Below, piece after piece: positions 56,206 to 64,000 of a DNA stretch of 64,000 bases. This DNA comes from Thermoplasmata archaeon. GTDB lineage: Archaea; Thermoplasmatota; E2; JACPAO01; JAHFTW01. Each line of letters starts with the position of its first letter. The first letter of the stretch is position 1. The notes below the pieces were generated by a model. That model did not search any database, was not told the DNA's origin, and saw only the letters and a program-made list of their open reading frames with translations. Made by a program: the position numbers and the translations under genes. The DNA lies in NCBI GenBank assembly GCA_034667725.1, contig JAXDQS010000005.1, positions 32,001-96,000 on the forward strand, written 5' to 3'.

Positions 56206-56280
56206 AGCGGGGTGGGGTAGCCAGGAGATCCCGACGGGCTCATAACCCGTAGATCAGTCGTTCAAATCGACTCCCCGCTA
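56206..56280 (+). tRNA. Initiator tRNA-Met(CAT)
   Basis: AGCGGGG/CCCCGCT acceptor with A1-U72, three G-C pairs closing loop CTCATAA, T-loop TTCAAAT. Confidence 0.95.
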
Positions 56281-56673
56281 TTCAGTCTTCGGGCGACTTG
56301 TTCGTGATCGTTGCTGCGCTGGGGCCAGTCGAACGCCCGAACGCGAGCGCTTGGTCGGCGTCTCGTCGCGCAACACCTGGTCCAGTCTTGCGAAGTTCTC
56401 GTCCCATTGGCGCTGGAACTCGGTCAGGTACGCGACTGCCTTCTCGATGGGCTCCCCCCTCAACCTGGCGTACCGCCTTGGCATGGCGCGGCGCCGCACG
56501 ACGATCCCGGCGTCCTCAAGCACCTTCAGGTGCTTCGATACGGCAGGCTGCGAGATTGGAAGGGGATTGGTCAACTCCTGCACCGTCGCCTCCCCTTGCG
56601 CCAACCTGGCCAGGATGAGTCGCCTGGTCGGGTCCGCGAGGGCACGGAACGTCAGGGTGAGAGCATCAGGCAT
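56278..56673 (-). CDS. ArsR/SmtB family transcriptional regulator
   Basis: FRALADPTRRLIL, SQPAVSKHLKVLEDAG. Confidence 0.92.
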   Translation of the reverse strand: MPDALTLTFRALADPTRRLILARLAQGEATVQELTNPLPISQPAVSKHLKVLEDAGIVVRRRAMPRRYARLRGEPIEKAVAYLTEFQRQWDENFARLDQVLRDETPTKRSRSGVRLAPAQQRSRTSRPKTE

Positions 56674-56678
56674 GCGTG

Positions 56679-57161
56679 TCAAGCCATGTTCGACAGGAAG
56701 CTGTCCAAGCGCGCGAAGCCCTCGTCCATGCCGGCCTGCACGTCCATCCCCAGGAGTTCGTCGCGCAGTTGCTTCGTGGCCGTCGTGATGAGGATGGTGA
56801 CCGTTGTGCGGCCGCCCGCCTCGGTGAAGGTGTGGCTGCGGACTTCGGGGGTCGGGTCCGGGTCGCGGCTTTCCATGACAAGGAGGCGGGGTTTCTCGAC
56901 GTCGTGGAACACGCCGCCCGTCATGAAGGTGGAGCCGTTGGGCCCCCAGCCCCAGCGGAACTTGCCATTGGGTCGGACGTCCATCTCGCAGATTGTCATC
57001 GGGTGGGCAGCGAGGCCGTACCACTTGGGGACGAGCTTGGGGTCGGTGAAGGCGCGCCACACAAGGTCGCGTGGGGCCGCGAAGGAGCGCACGAGTTGGA
57101 TGGTGGTGTCGGAAGGCAGGGTGAGGGTGGAGCCGACGGGGGAGACCGTGGGGCGGGCCAT
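56679..57161 (-). CDS. SRPBCC/AHSA1 domain protein
   Basis: RSFAAPRDLVWRAFTDP, CEMDVRPNG, GMDEGFARLD. Confidence 0.92.
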   Translation of the reverse strand: MARPTVSPVGSTLTLPSDTTIQLVRSFAAPRDLVWRAFTDPKLVPKWYGLAAHPMTICEMDVRPNGKFRWGWGPNGSTFMTGGVFHDVEKPRLLVMESRDPDPTPEVRSHTFTEAGGRTTVTILITTATKQLRDELLGMDVQAGMDEGFARLDSFLSNMA

Positions 57162-57184
57162 GCTGGTGGATGGGGCGCTTCAAT

Positions 57185-57202
57185 CATAACCGTTTGGTTA
57201 TG
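57185..57202. promoter_or_regulatory. Palindromic operator, probably for the ArsR regulator
   Basis: CATAACC-N4-GGTTATG, 24 nt upstream of the SRPBCC start. Confidence 0.75.
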
Positions 57203-57270
57203 GTTGGGCGGTTCACGAGGCACGACCGTTTCCGATTTCGGCGCCCATTTTCTAGGCGAGGGGTCCAACA

Positions 57271-57284
57271 CGACTCCCCGCTAT
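57271..57284 (+). repeat. Copy of the tRNA-iMet 3' end (att-like)
   Basis: CGACTCCCCGCTAT identical to 56268-56281. Confidence 0.85.
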
Positions 57285-57484
57285 GCACGAAGTGCGACAG
57301 GCTGGAGGGCCTCCGCGAGCAGACCGCGGTCGAGTTCCTGGTCGAGTTCCTGCTGGGAGACGAGGCCGCGCCGGAACTGGAGGTACAGCCCGCTGATGCG
57401 CTCCGTGACGCTCCGCGAGGCCGCCTCGGGCCCCCACCAGGAGGTCGCGGGGTCGACTTGCGTGATCGCGACGAGCTTTCGCAC
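57281..57484 (-). CDS. Possible small hypothetical protein
   Basis: GTG start after a G-rich RBS-like run, directly downstream of the DUF1801 gene. Confidence 0.4.
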   Translation of the reverse strand: MRKLVAITQVDPATSWWGPEAASRSVTERISGLYLQFRRGLVSQQELDQELDRGLLAEALQPVALRA

Positions 57485-57494
57485 CGTCCCCCCT

Positions 57495-57830
57495 CTACGT
57501 GGCCGCCTTGCGCACCATGGCGGCCCCGTGCGCTTCGGCGGCGGCATCGAGCCCTTCGAAGGCCCAAGCCACGGGCACCATGGTCTCCTTGCCTTGCCGC
57601 ATGCGTGCGGCGTCTTCGTTGGTGCCGAAGATCATGGCCTTCTCGCTGGACTTGAGGTAGCAGGCGTCCTGGCCGTCCTTGCGGTAGAACGCGAGGCCCC
57701 AACGCCAGACCGGTTCGAGGTCGGGGGCCGTCTTGAGGATCAAGTCGTGCAGGCGTGTTCCCATCTCGTTGTGGGGGGCGCGCATCTTGGCGATCTTGCT
57801 GCGGACCTTGGCGGACGCTTTCTCGTTCAT
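57495..57830 (-). CDS. DUF1801 (YdhG-like) protein
   Basis: RLHDLILKTAPDLEP..WG..Y.KDG. Confidence 0.78.
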   Translation of the reverse strand: MNEKASAKVRSKIAKMRAPHNEMGTRLHDLILKTAPDLEPVWRWGLAFYRKDGQDACYLKSSEKAMIFGTNEDAARMRQGKETMVPVAWAFEGLDAAAEAHGAAMVRKAAT

Positions 57831-57840
57831 GGTGTGGCCT

Positions 57841-58233
57841 CTACATCCGCTTGGGCTGGAGCATGCTGACGCGGTTGCCCTCGGAGTCCGCGAACGAGAC
57901 CCAAGTGCCGATGCCGGGAATCTCGTCGGGGTCGCGCAGGATCTTGCCGCCGTTCTTCGTGACGGCCTTCATGCTGGCCTGGATGTCCTTCACGGCGATG
58001 ACGACGGACGGGCGCTGCGACAGCGGGTCTTCCGTGGGGCTGTAGAAGCCGCCGTTGATGTTCCCCGGCGTCTTCACCATGCCTTGCGCGTCGGTCTCGG
58101 TCGTGTGCGCGATGAGGTATTCGCCCATCTCGGGGCCCAGTTGCTGCAGCTTCCATCCGAAGACGGTGGAGTAGAACTTGCTGGCGCGCTTCTTGTCCTT
58201 GGCAGGCATCTCGAAGTGGGTGACGGGGTCCAT
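57841..58233 (-). CDS. VOC/glyoxalase family protein
   Basis: VTHFEMPA, FYSTVFGW, INGGF, IPGIG...FADSEGNRV. Confidence 0.92.
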   Translation of the reverse strand: MDPVTHFEMPAKDKKRASKFYSTVFGWKLQQLGPEMGEYLIAHTTETDAQGMVKTPGNINGGFYSPTEDPLSQRPSVVIAVKDIQASMKAVTKNGGKILRDPDEIPGIGTWVSFADSEGNRVSMLQPKRM

Positions 58234-58627
58234 GTCGGGCCTCGGCCCCGACACGGGTTGCGCCACAAAAAGCAAGGGGTGGACCCGTGGAGCGAAGTCC
58301 CAAGCCTCTGGCCGTTGCCATGGGCGCCGAACGCCTCAGCGCGGCTCCTGCGCGAGGCGATGAGGATTCCTATGCGCCTGTGCTTGGCGTCCGGAGACCT
58401 GGAAATAGAGGAGAGGGGAAAGGGTCGATTTCGCCTCGGTTTCGTCCGCGATGTCGCGCTCGATTTCCGGGGAAACTACCACGTGCAGCGGCTCGCGGCG
58501 GCGGGGCAGGTGACGGTGGTGCGGGACGGCCGCGCGGTGCGGCTGCATCCGGCTGGAGCGGCGTGACGCAGGGGTCTCAGCTTCGGGATGCCTGCCAGGT
58601 CGCGGCTGCGTTGGGCGAGGGCGCCGT

Positions 58628-61600
58628 CTAGCCGACCACCCGCAGCACGCCCCATGCCCCCGCTTCCTGGAAGGCAAGCCGCTGGTTCCCCCAGAGGTAG
58701 TCGCCGGCGCCGCCGGGCCCTGCCGCCGGAATCCAGGCGTTGTGGGCTTCGCCGGGGCCGAGGGGCGTGGTGGCGGCGAGGTTCCGGCCGCAGGCGGGGC
58801 CGAGGGGCCGGCAGCCGGGCTGGAGGGCGTCGTCGGCCCACCAGTGGCCGTCGATGCCGTGGGCTGCGAGCTGGTCGCCGGCGCCGCCGAGGGTGCGCAC
58901 GACCAAGGGTTGGCCGCGCGTGGCGAGCAGGACCGGGGTCTCGGGCTCGCGGAGGGCTTGCGCGAACGGCAGCGCAGGGTGGCGGACGTCGAGCTGCGCG
59001 AGCTGGAGGGTGCAGGCGTTGGGGTCTTGGGCGCAGCCGTCCACCAGGAAGGCCTGGAGGGGCTCCGTGCGGTAGTTCACCATCGTGTTGCCGCCCACTT
59101 GGCGCTTGTAGCTCATGGCGCTGGCGTCGTAGAGCGGGTCGTTGCTGGCGTAGAGCAGCACGTGCTCCGTGGCTTGGGTGCCGTCGGCGAGCGTGAGGGT
59201 CGCGTGGGTCCCGGTGGCGGGCGCGAAGGCGGCGCCGGCGGGCTCGACGACGATGGCGCCGTAGAGGCCGCGGAGGCTGGGGTCGGTGGCGGCGAACGGG
59301 GTCTGGAGCGCCGCGTGGGACGAGACGCGGGCGATGCCCAGCTCGCGGTCGGCGCGGTACTGGTAGGTCGCCGTGCCGCCTGGCGGGACCGTGGTGCCGT
59401 TGGTGTCGCCGACCCGGATGCCGAGGTCCGCCGCCGTCTCGGGCAGCAGGAGGCCGGCGTGGAACGCCACGGGGATCGGCAGGTGGTTGGCAAGGTTCAC
59501 GGTGAGCCGCTCGCCGGCGGCCATGCGCAGCACCAGCGGCTCGGGGCGCAGCGTGCCGGCCAGGATGGCGGCCTCGTCGCTGGCGAGCGCGTAGATGTCC
59601 ATGGTGGCCGTGAGGCCGAGGCGTTGGTTCAGGGTCACGGGGACGCGCAGCGCCACGACGTCGTAGGCGCGCACCGGGCCGGCCGCCACCGGGGCGGGCG
59701 CCCGGTTGCTGGGCAGGGGCGCCACGCCGGCCGTGCCGTTGGGCAGGACGCGCAGGATGCCCCAGGCGCCGCGGTCGCGCACCTCGGGCTGCGTCATGCC
59801 GTACAGGTAGTCGCCGGGCGTGCCGAGGCAGCCGCCGGCGCCGCACTCCAGCACCAGGCTGTGCTGGTCGCTGATGCCGAGGCTCAGCGTGTCCAGCGGC
59901 TGGGCGGCGGGGTCGTGGTGGCCGAGGGTGAAGCGGTGGCCGGTGACGCCGAAGGTGGCCAGCCCGCGGCTCATCGTCTGCCCGGCGTAGAGCAGGCGGA
60001 GGGTCGTCGGGTCGCCGGCGTGCGCCACCAGCATGGGCGTCTGCGGGTCGCCTTGCGGGACGCCGTCGGCGAGCGCGTCGCTCAGGAACGGGTCTGCCAC
60101 GGCGCGGCTGCGCAACGGGGCGCTCCGGAGGTTGAAGGCGGCGGGCTCGCCGAACCGGCTGGGCACCAGCGGGAAGGGGCCGCCGGAGGTGCAGGACGGC
60201 GTGCAGGCGCGGTCCTGGAACTGCAGCACCATCTCGCGGAAGGTGTGGTCGCCGGCGGCCATGTGGGCGGCGTGGCTGGCGACGATGTCGGCGACGTGGC
60301 CTTCCGCCATCGTCCAGCCCGTGCAGTCGGCAAGGGCGGCAGCGGGGCGGTCGGGGCGGCACCATTGGGAGCCGTTCGGCTCCACCACGAGGCCGCCGAA
60401 CAGGCCGTGCGCCCAGGAGTGGAGGCCGTCGACGTGGTCGTGCCAGTACACCATGCCGAGCTCGACGTCGGCGAACCAGCGGTAGCGCACGAACTCGGCG
60501 CCGACGCGGGCGCCGGCCGGATGCGCTTGGGCCAGCGGCGCGTCCAGGGTCGCCGTGGCGCCGGTGACGGCCAGGACCTTGCGGATCTCGGCGCCCGGCC
60601 CGGTGAGGCCGATGCCGACCAGGGTGCCGACGCGGACGGCGGCGGGGTCTGCGAGGGTGACAGTGGTGGCGCCTGGGGCGACGGCCGCGGCCAGGGCGGT
60701 GCCGGTCGCGGTGGCGGGGCGGACGCTCTGCTCGTAGTTGTGGCCGGTCACGACGCCGTCGGAGCCCTGCACGTCGAACTGCACGAGGTGGATGTGCATG
60801 TTCACCTTCTCGTCGAGCCGGCTGGTGAGCAGGACGTCCACGCAGTCGCCCTGGTTGGCGCGGATGTTGAGGCTGGTGGCGGGCTTGGTGCCGGAGGCGA
60901 TGGCGGCGACGTCTTCGGCCAGCGCGAAGACGCGGCCGTTCGGGTCGGCGTGGGTGGAGTCGTAGGCGACGGCGGTGGGCATGGCGACGACGTCGTAGGC
61001 GATGCCGCGCGCCGAGGCGGGGCAAAGGGCGTCGGGGCCGCCGGGGCCAAGGTGCGGGGCGGGCCCGTGGCCCGGAGCGAAGGGCGGCCGCTTCGCCAGG
61101 TGCGGCTCCAGGAAAGGGTACGCGAGGCGGCCGTCGCGCGGGTCGAAGCCGACCGCCGGTCGCGAGGACGCGCTGGCGGCATGGTTCGGCCATGCGACCG
61201 GGTCGCCCGGCTCGCCGAGGGCGGTGAGCCCCTTCCACGCCCAGTCCCACACGGCGGCCTCGCCGGGCGCGGGGACTCCTTGGGGCGGGAGGTGGGCCTC
61301 CACCCACGGCTTCAGGTTCGTGGCCGTGAGCAGGGTGCCGTCGGGCATGGTGCGGCCCAGGAGCCCTTTGGAGTCCACGGCCCGCGGCGGCGGGACCCGG
61401 TCGGGCAAGGGGGCAAGGCCGGGCTGCCGCGTGTTGTGGACCCGCCAGATGCCCCACATGCCGGCCAGGTAGTGCTCCACGATGTGGCAGTGGTAGAGGA
61501 AGTCGCCGACGGACTGCTGCACGCCGCCCGCGCCGCCCTCGATCTCGGCCGTGAAGGCGTCGCCGGGCGCGAGGTCCTGGACGTCCACGCGGCGGCTGTC

Positions 61601-62893
61601 GCTTTGCACGTGCGGATTGGCCTTGACGAGGCCGTCGTCGAACTGGGTGTCGTCCGTGTGCGGGTCGTGGCGCCACCGGTCGCCGCCGCCGTGCAGATGG
61701 TGGACGTGCCCTTGGCCGGGGCCGGCGTTGACGAGGCGGAACTTGGTGGGGTCGCCCAGGTAGGCGCGGGGCAGGAAGGTGGCGGGGTCGCCGTAGGCGT
61801 AGCTGCTGAGCGCCAGCGACTTGTCGTAGGGCCGGTCGGTGCGGTTGGCCGCGAAGGCCGCCTCGGCGAACGCCTTGCGGTCATGGAACGGCTCGGTGCG
61901 CAGGTTCACGGCCTTCGTTCCCGGCCCATACTCGTTGCTATGGGTGCCCAGGATGGGCATCGGCTTCAGGAGGTGGGTGTAGAGGAGCGCCTCGTCGTGG
62001 TACAGGACGACGAACTCGCGGAAGTCGGCGCCGTGCGGGTCCGCCACGATGGCCTCAGGCCCCGACGTGGCCGGCGTGCCGGCCGGGGTGAGCCAGCGGG
62101 TGTGCCGCGGCTCCGCGACGATGGCGCCGAACAGGCCGTGGCTGGTCTGGCGGCGCGCGTCGGCGTGGCTGTGCAGGAAATGCGCCCCTTCCATCCCGGG
62201 CAGGTCGGGGACGAAGAAGCGGAATGGGACGGCCGTGCCCGGCATCGCGTAGTCGGGCGCCTGGGTGCCGAGCGCCATGCCCTGCCCTGGCTCCGTCTGG
62301 AGGCCGTGGGCGTGCAGGCCCACGGGGGCCGCCAGCAGGTTCAGCACCCGCACCTCCACGCAGTCGCCCAAGTGGGCGCGCACCACGTACGGCCGTGCCA
62401 GCGGGCTGGGCGCCAGCCGCGGCGAGGCCAGGCCAAGGACGTTCTCCACGACGGCGTCCCGCGCGCCGACCTGCGCCGGCGTCCGGGCAAGGTCGGCGGC
62501 GAAGGCGTCCAGCCGCGCCTGGAGCGCGGCGGCCGCCTCCTGCGGGTCGCCGGCGGCGAGGTCCGAGGCCAGGGCGGCCACGGCGGCCGACAGGCCCGCC
62601 TGGCCGGCCTGCGCCAGCTTGCCGGCCACGTCCGCCAGCAGGGCGGGCAGCTCCTCGTCCGGGACAAGAAGCTGGCCGAGCGGGTCGAAGTCGCCCCAGG
62701 CGTTGTAGCTCACGGGGAGGCCGACGGCGGTGGCGGCGTAGTGGCGCAGCGGGGCGCCGGCGGGGCAGGGGCCGGCGAGCGCCTCGGCCACCAGGCCGGG
62801 AAGGGGCCCGCCTTGCGCTTGCAGGCCGCCCAGGAGGGCGACGACGAGGAGGGCGGACACGCTGAGGGGAGCGGAACGGGACGGGGAGACCAA
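58628..62893 (-). CDS. Large multidomain multicopper oxidase, MnxG-like
   Basis: LHAHG, LHSH, HVHHLH, HCHIVEHYLAGM, MHIH, YWHDH; start uncertain (62860-62902), followed by a signal-like segment. Confidence 0.85.
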   Translation of the reverse strand: MVSPSRSAPLSVSALLVVALLGGLQAQGGPLPGLVAEALAGPCPAGAPLRHYAATAVGLPVSYNAWGDFDPLGQLLVPDEELPALLADVAGKLAQAGQAGLSAAVAALASDLAAGDPQEAAAALQARLDAFAADLARTPAQVGARDAVVENVLGLASPRLAPSPLARPYVVRAHLGDCVEVRVLNLLAAPVGLHAHGLQTEPGQGMALGTQAPDYAMPGTAVPFRFFVPDLPGMEGAHFLHSHADARRQTSHGLFGAIVAEPRHTRWLTPAGTPATSGPEAIVADPHGADFREFVVLYHDEALLYTHLLKPMPILGTHSNEYGPGTKAVNLRTEPFHDRKAFAEAAFAANRTDRPYDKSLALSSYAYGDPATFLPRAYLGDPTKFRLVNAGPGQGHVHHLHGGGDRWRHDPHTDDTQFDDGLVKANPHVQSDSRRVDVQDLAPGDAFTAEIEGGAGGVQQSVGDFLYHCHIVEHYLAGMWGIWRVHNTRQPGLAPLPDRVPPPRAVDSKGLLGRTMPDGTLLTATNLKPWVEAHLPPQGVPAPGEAAVWDWAWKGLTALGEPGDPVAWPNHAASASSRPAVGFDPRDGRLAYPFLEPHLAKRPPFAPGHGPAPHLGPGGPDALCPASARGIAYDVVAMPTAVAYDSTHADPNGRVFALAEDVAAIASGTKPATSLNIRANQGDCVDVLLTSRLDEKVNMHIHLVQFDVQGSDGVVTGHNYEQSVRPATATGTALAAAVAPGATTVTLADPAAVRVGTLVGIGLTGPGAEIRKVLAVTGATATLDAPLAQAHPAGARVGAEFVRYRWFADVELGMVYWHDHVDGLHSWAHGLFGGLVVEPNGSQWCRPDRPAAALADCTGWTMAEGHVADIVASHAAHMAAGDHTFREMVLQFQDRACTPSCTSGGPFPLVPSRFGEPAAFNLRSAPLRSRAVADPFLSDALADGVPQGDPQTPMLVAHAGDPTTLRLLYAGQTMSRGLATFGVTGHRFTLGHHDPAAQPLDTLSLGISDQHSLVLECGAGGCLGTPGDYLYGMTQPEVRDRGAWGILRVLPNGTAGVAPLPSNRAPAPVAAGPVRAYDVVALRVPVTLNQRLGLTATMDIYALASDEAAILAGTLRPEPLVLRMAAGERLTVNLANHLPIPVAFHAGLLLPETAADLGIRVGDTNGTTVPPGGTATYQYRADRELGIARVSSHAALQTPFAATDPSLRGLYGAIVVEPAGAAFAPATGTHATLTLADGTQATEHVLLYASNDPLYDASAMSYKRQVGGNTMVNYRTEPLQAFLVDGCAQDPNACTLQLAQLDVRHPALPFAQALREPETPVLLATRGQPLVVRTLGGAGDQLAAHGIDGHWWADDALQPGCRPLGPACGRNLAATTPLGPGEAHNAWIPAAGPGGAGDYLWGNQRLAFQEAGAWGVLRVVG

Positions 62894-62982
62894 CGGGACC
62901 ACCGGGACCAGACGGGACGGCAAAGAGAAGGACGACCCGACGAGGAAGAAGGGGAAAGGGGAGAAAGGATGGGGCGAGGGGC

Positions 62983-63702
62983 CTAGATGCAGCCGACGCC
63001 AATGGGCCCGCCGACCGGCAGCGGGATGGGCAGCAGGTTGGGGCCGACCAGGGGGAAGACCTGGATCTGGCCGAAGCCGTAGGGCATGGTGGCGGGCGGG
63101 TACACGATGGTCGAGTACGACTCGAGCAGGGGCAGCGAGCCCGGGTCGGGGACGTTGGTCCAGGCCATGCCGCCGAGCGTGCCGCCGGCGAAGTGGTCCC
63201 ACTGGTCGATGTTGCCGTCCGGCGGGCCGACGAAGCCGGGGGAGCCGGGGATCGAGGAGGGCATGGCGCCCCAGGGCGGGGCGCCGCCGCCGGGCGGCGC
63301 GCTGGCGAGGTCCCAGCCGGCGACGATGCCGGTCAGGTTGACGCCCAGGTTCTCGTACACGGTGCAGATCCACATGCCGCCCGTGGTCGGCGACGTGGGG
63401 GAGGTCGTGACGGGGCCGCACCATTCTCCCGGCTGGGAGACGGTCATGAGGGGCACCGGGCACGGCGCGAGCGTGTTGAAGACGAAGTCAGGGCCGGAGC
63501 AGTGGTCGACGCGCTGCTCCTTCACGGTCGTCGGGTAGGGGCCGACGATGACGTCCTGCTGGGGCGCCTTCATCGGGGCAGGCCCGGTCGGGGGGTAGCC
63601 ACAGACCTGCGCTGCCGCGCCGGCGGGGCCAGGCAGCAGGACGGTCAGGGTGAGCACGGCGGCGGCTAGGATTGCGGGGAGTTTGGTGTCGATGGGGACC
63701 AC
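62983..63702 (-). CDS. Secreted Pro/Gly-rich hypothetical protein
   Basis: Signal peptide, several Cys; co-oriented immediately upstream of the oxidase. Confidence 0.7.
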   Translation of the reverse strand: MVPIDTKLPAILAAAVLTLTVLLPGPAGAAAQVCGYPPTGPAPMKAPQQDVIVGPYPTTVKEQRVDHCSGPDFVFNTLAPCPVPLMTVSQPGEWCGPVTTSPTSPTTGGMWICTVYENLGVNLTGIVAGWDLASAPPGGGAPPWGAMPSSIPGSPGFVGPPDGNIDQWDHFAGGTLGGMAWTNVPDPGSLPLLESYSTIVYPPATMPYGFGQIQVFPLVGPNLLPIPLPVGGPIGVGCI

Positions 63703-63758
63703 CCGGCGTGCGATTCACCATCCCCCACTTAGCCTGGCCCGCGATTTTGCAGAAATCA

Positions 63759-64000
63759 CTACGGCTGCCCGTCGGGAGGGCTCCGCACCTGCTCCCGCAG
63801 ACGCGCCGCCTGCGCCGGCTCCAGGCGGACCGCGTAGCGCGAGTTGCGGCGGGTGAGCTGCAGGTAGCCTTCGTCGCCGAGGCCGCCCAGGATGCGCTTG
63901 ACGACGCCGAAGCCCAGCCCGGTCGCGCGCGCCACCTGGTTCAGGCTCAACCCGTCCAGCGGGCCCTCCACGAGGAACGCCAGCAGGGCCCGCCGTCGCG
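63759..64000 (-). CDS. Winged-helix DNA-binding protein (5' part outside the window)
   Basis: SLNQVARATGLGFGVVKRILGGLGDEGYLQL. Confidence 0.65.
   Translation of the reverse strand, partial: RRRALLAFLVEGPLDGLSLNQVARATGLGFGVVKRILGGLGDEGYLQLTRRNSRYAVRLEPAQAARLREQVRSPPDGQP

Noticed and set aside
58320-58566. Winged-helix gene (YHVQRLAAAGQVTVVRDGR)
   Set aside because: Only a C-terminal fragment is recognisable and no credible start was found; possibly a relic, so not called.

Overview
High-GC archaeal chromosomal window. The archaeal-type uS13-uS4-uS11-Rpo3 operon, eL43-Rpo12-Pcc1, GPN GTPase, initiator tRNA with an A1-U72 pair and PEF-CTERM proteins show it is archaeal. The non-acidic proteome, WHIGA-type ValRS and many lipoproteins suggest an uncultured Thermoplasmatota-like lineage (inference). 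Housekeeping genes (valS, purD, pyrE, two 2-oxoacid:ferredoxin oxidoreductase pairs, peptidases, transporters) are interleaved with accessory blocks. The most striking unexplained pattern is recurrent duplication of the 3' ends of conserved genes, with no integrase in the window. (1) tRNA-Leu is followed by three ~133-bp units, each ending in a tRNA 3'-end copy and built from C(GNA)G-triloop hairpins; gene-bearing cassettes closed by more decayed copies follow. (2) tRNA-iMet has a ~1-kb ArsR/SRPBCC cassette closed by a 14-bp copy of its 3' end. (3) An M20 peptidase gene has its last 93 bp duplicated across a GNA-hairpin spacer. Other highlights: a Cys-rich metzincin followed by three diverging lipoprotein paralogues, a ppx plus tandem thymidylate-kinase-like (PPK3-type) polyphosphate operon, a ~1400-aa MnxG-like multicopper oxidase, a PGRS-like Gly-rich secreted protein, and PurD with a ~300-aa N-terminal extension. 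All calls come from motif recognition by eye. Start codons were re-picked manually and are approximate where stated.
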